From the NCBI GenBank assembly GCA_040954595.2, contig CM082584.2, forward strand, positions 11,498,552 to 11,562,551: a DNA stretch of 64,000 bases. The letters run 5' to 3'. Position 1 is the first letter of the stretch; every line of letters begins with the position of its first letter. The position numbers and the translations under genes are program-made. This document shows positions 62,729 to 64,000 of the stretch, one piece after another. Origin of the DNA: Balanoglossus misakiensis. Taxonomy: Eukaryota > Animalia > Hemichordata. The notes under the pieces are model-generated. The model saw only the letters and a program-made list of their open reading frames with translations, ran no database searches and had not been told where the DNA came from.

Positions 62729-64000
62729 CTAGGAGATACAACAAACACATTCAGATAAAACCATGCAGTGCTGCAGTGTGCGTGTCTAAGTGAATGAATG
62801 CACAGTTTGAGGAGAGCACAATAGCCAACTCACAAATGCCTCTGTACACAGACACACATAACAAACTTGCAACTAATTTGGCCAATTACACTGCAAATGC
62901 GAAAAAATACCTTGGCAACAATTCATTAGCAATGCCAAACACAGAAAAGAAACATTAAGATCTAAAACAATTTTATATTTAATATTATAATCCAGAAATA
63001 CTTTCTCATATGCATTAATATTTACATAAACCCCATAGCTTAAGACAATTTTTCCAATACCTTATTGAGTAAATAAACCAATAAATTAATTTATTGTTCC
63101 ATAATACACACTATCTTTCTGTTATCCCAGGCATGGCATCGTCCAAATGAACCACAAACAAAATGCAATAATGCTTGTGTGTAACACACAGCTTAAACAC
63201 ATGGAAATGTTTATTAGTTCACACTTTTGCGATCACCTTATACTCAAAAAACACATGCATTACTGCATATCAGACCATAGGTACTAGTAGTGTACAAATC
63301 ACCATTGATTCCGCCACCACCCACAAAACACATGGAAAGTTACAAGTACCAGTTATGGGTGAAATTCCACACTTACTTCCTCATGATGGGTTTTTCCAGA
63401 GCACCATCATTTCCATCCCTTTGTTAATGCGGCAGCAAAGGAAAAAATAGCGGCACAGTGTTCAATTGACATTACGGTAGCAAGGCAAAAAGGGGTGGGT
63501 GTGGGTGGGTAGGTAAGAGTGCAGGGGGGAGGGGAAGAGTGGGGGGAGGTAGCAAAAGGATAAAAGCTAACATTGACAAAATGTGGAACAAAAGCACAGA
63601 AGCTCAAAGGTGGATGGTACCAGAATGTGTGTACAAGGTTTCTCTTTTGAAACAACTGTTTAGTAAACGTAAAAAGCATTTCACACAATGTTGGCCCACC
63701 CGCAGTTGTGACAGACTGCGGTTAGTGTTTGGCATCTGACAAACAGTGAGAGAATTCAGCCTTGGGCAATAACTTTGGAGAGAAAGAGATTCCTTTCAAG
63801 GTGACAGAACAGAAGACTTGGTTAACTGATTAGTAAGAAGACGAAGGATTTCACACGGCGACATTAAACAGTGTAGTAGTTCCATCACCATGGTTACACA
63901 GAAAAGGTTACCAAAGGCTGGTGCAGTGTAACAGGCAACGAAATTCATGTGAGAGAACTAGTTCACGTACAAAGAAGTGAAATTATCAATTTTCAATTTT

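Overview
Eukaryotic (invertebrate animal-like, AT-rich, GT-AG spliced) genomic DNA, not prokaryotic. Most ORF-track entries are spurious or are exons read through into introns. By manually splicing exons I can support three genes. (1) The 3' part of RNF220 (RING E3 ligase) on + at 18480-26466; the first ~18 kb is probably its large upstream intron. (2) A complete 22-exon gene on - at 28309-35871 encoding a ~1205-aa protein: signal peptide, 18 thrombospondin type-1 repeats (one per symmetric phase-1 exon), one fibronectin-III-like domain and a C-terminal hydrophobic, GPI-like tail. (3) The 3' part of a C1orf87-like EF-hand gene on - at 60952-62728. Between genes 2 and 3 lies a ~22-kb repeat block: a (TCTG)n/(TATG)n microsatellite, ~207 copies of a very homogeneous 88-bp satellite with an internal hairpin and an incipient ~9-monomer higher-order period, diverged duplicated segments, and a ~130-bp tandem array. 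Several small TIR elements (TTAA-flanked MITEs, a 70-bp hairpin with a 9-bp TSD) and CTCF-like motifs are also visible. All coordinates were counted by eye and no database searches were run.
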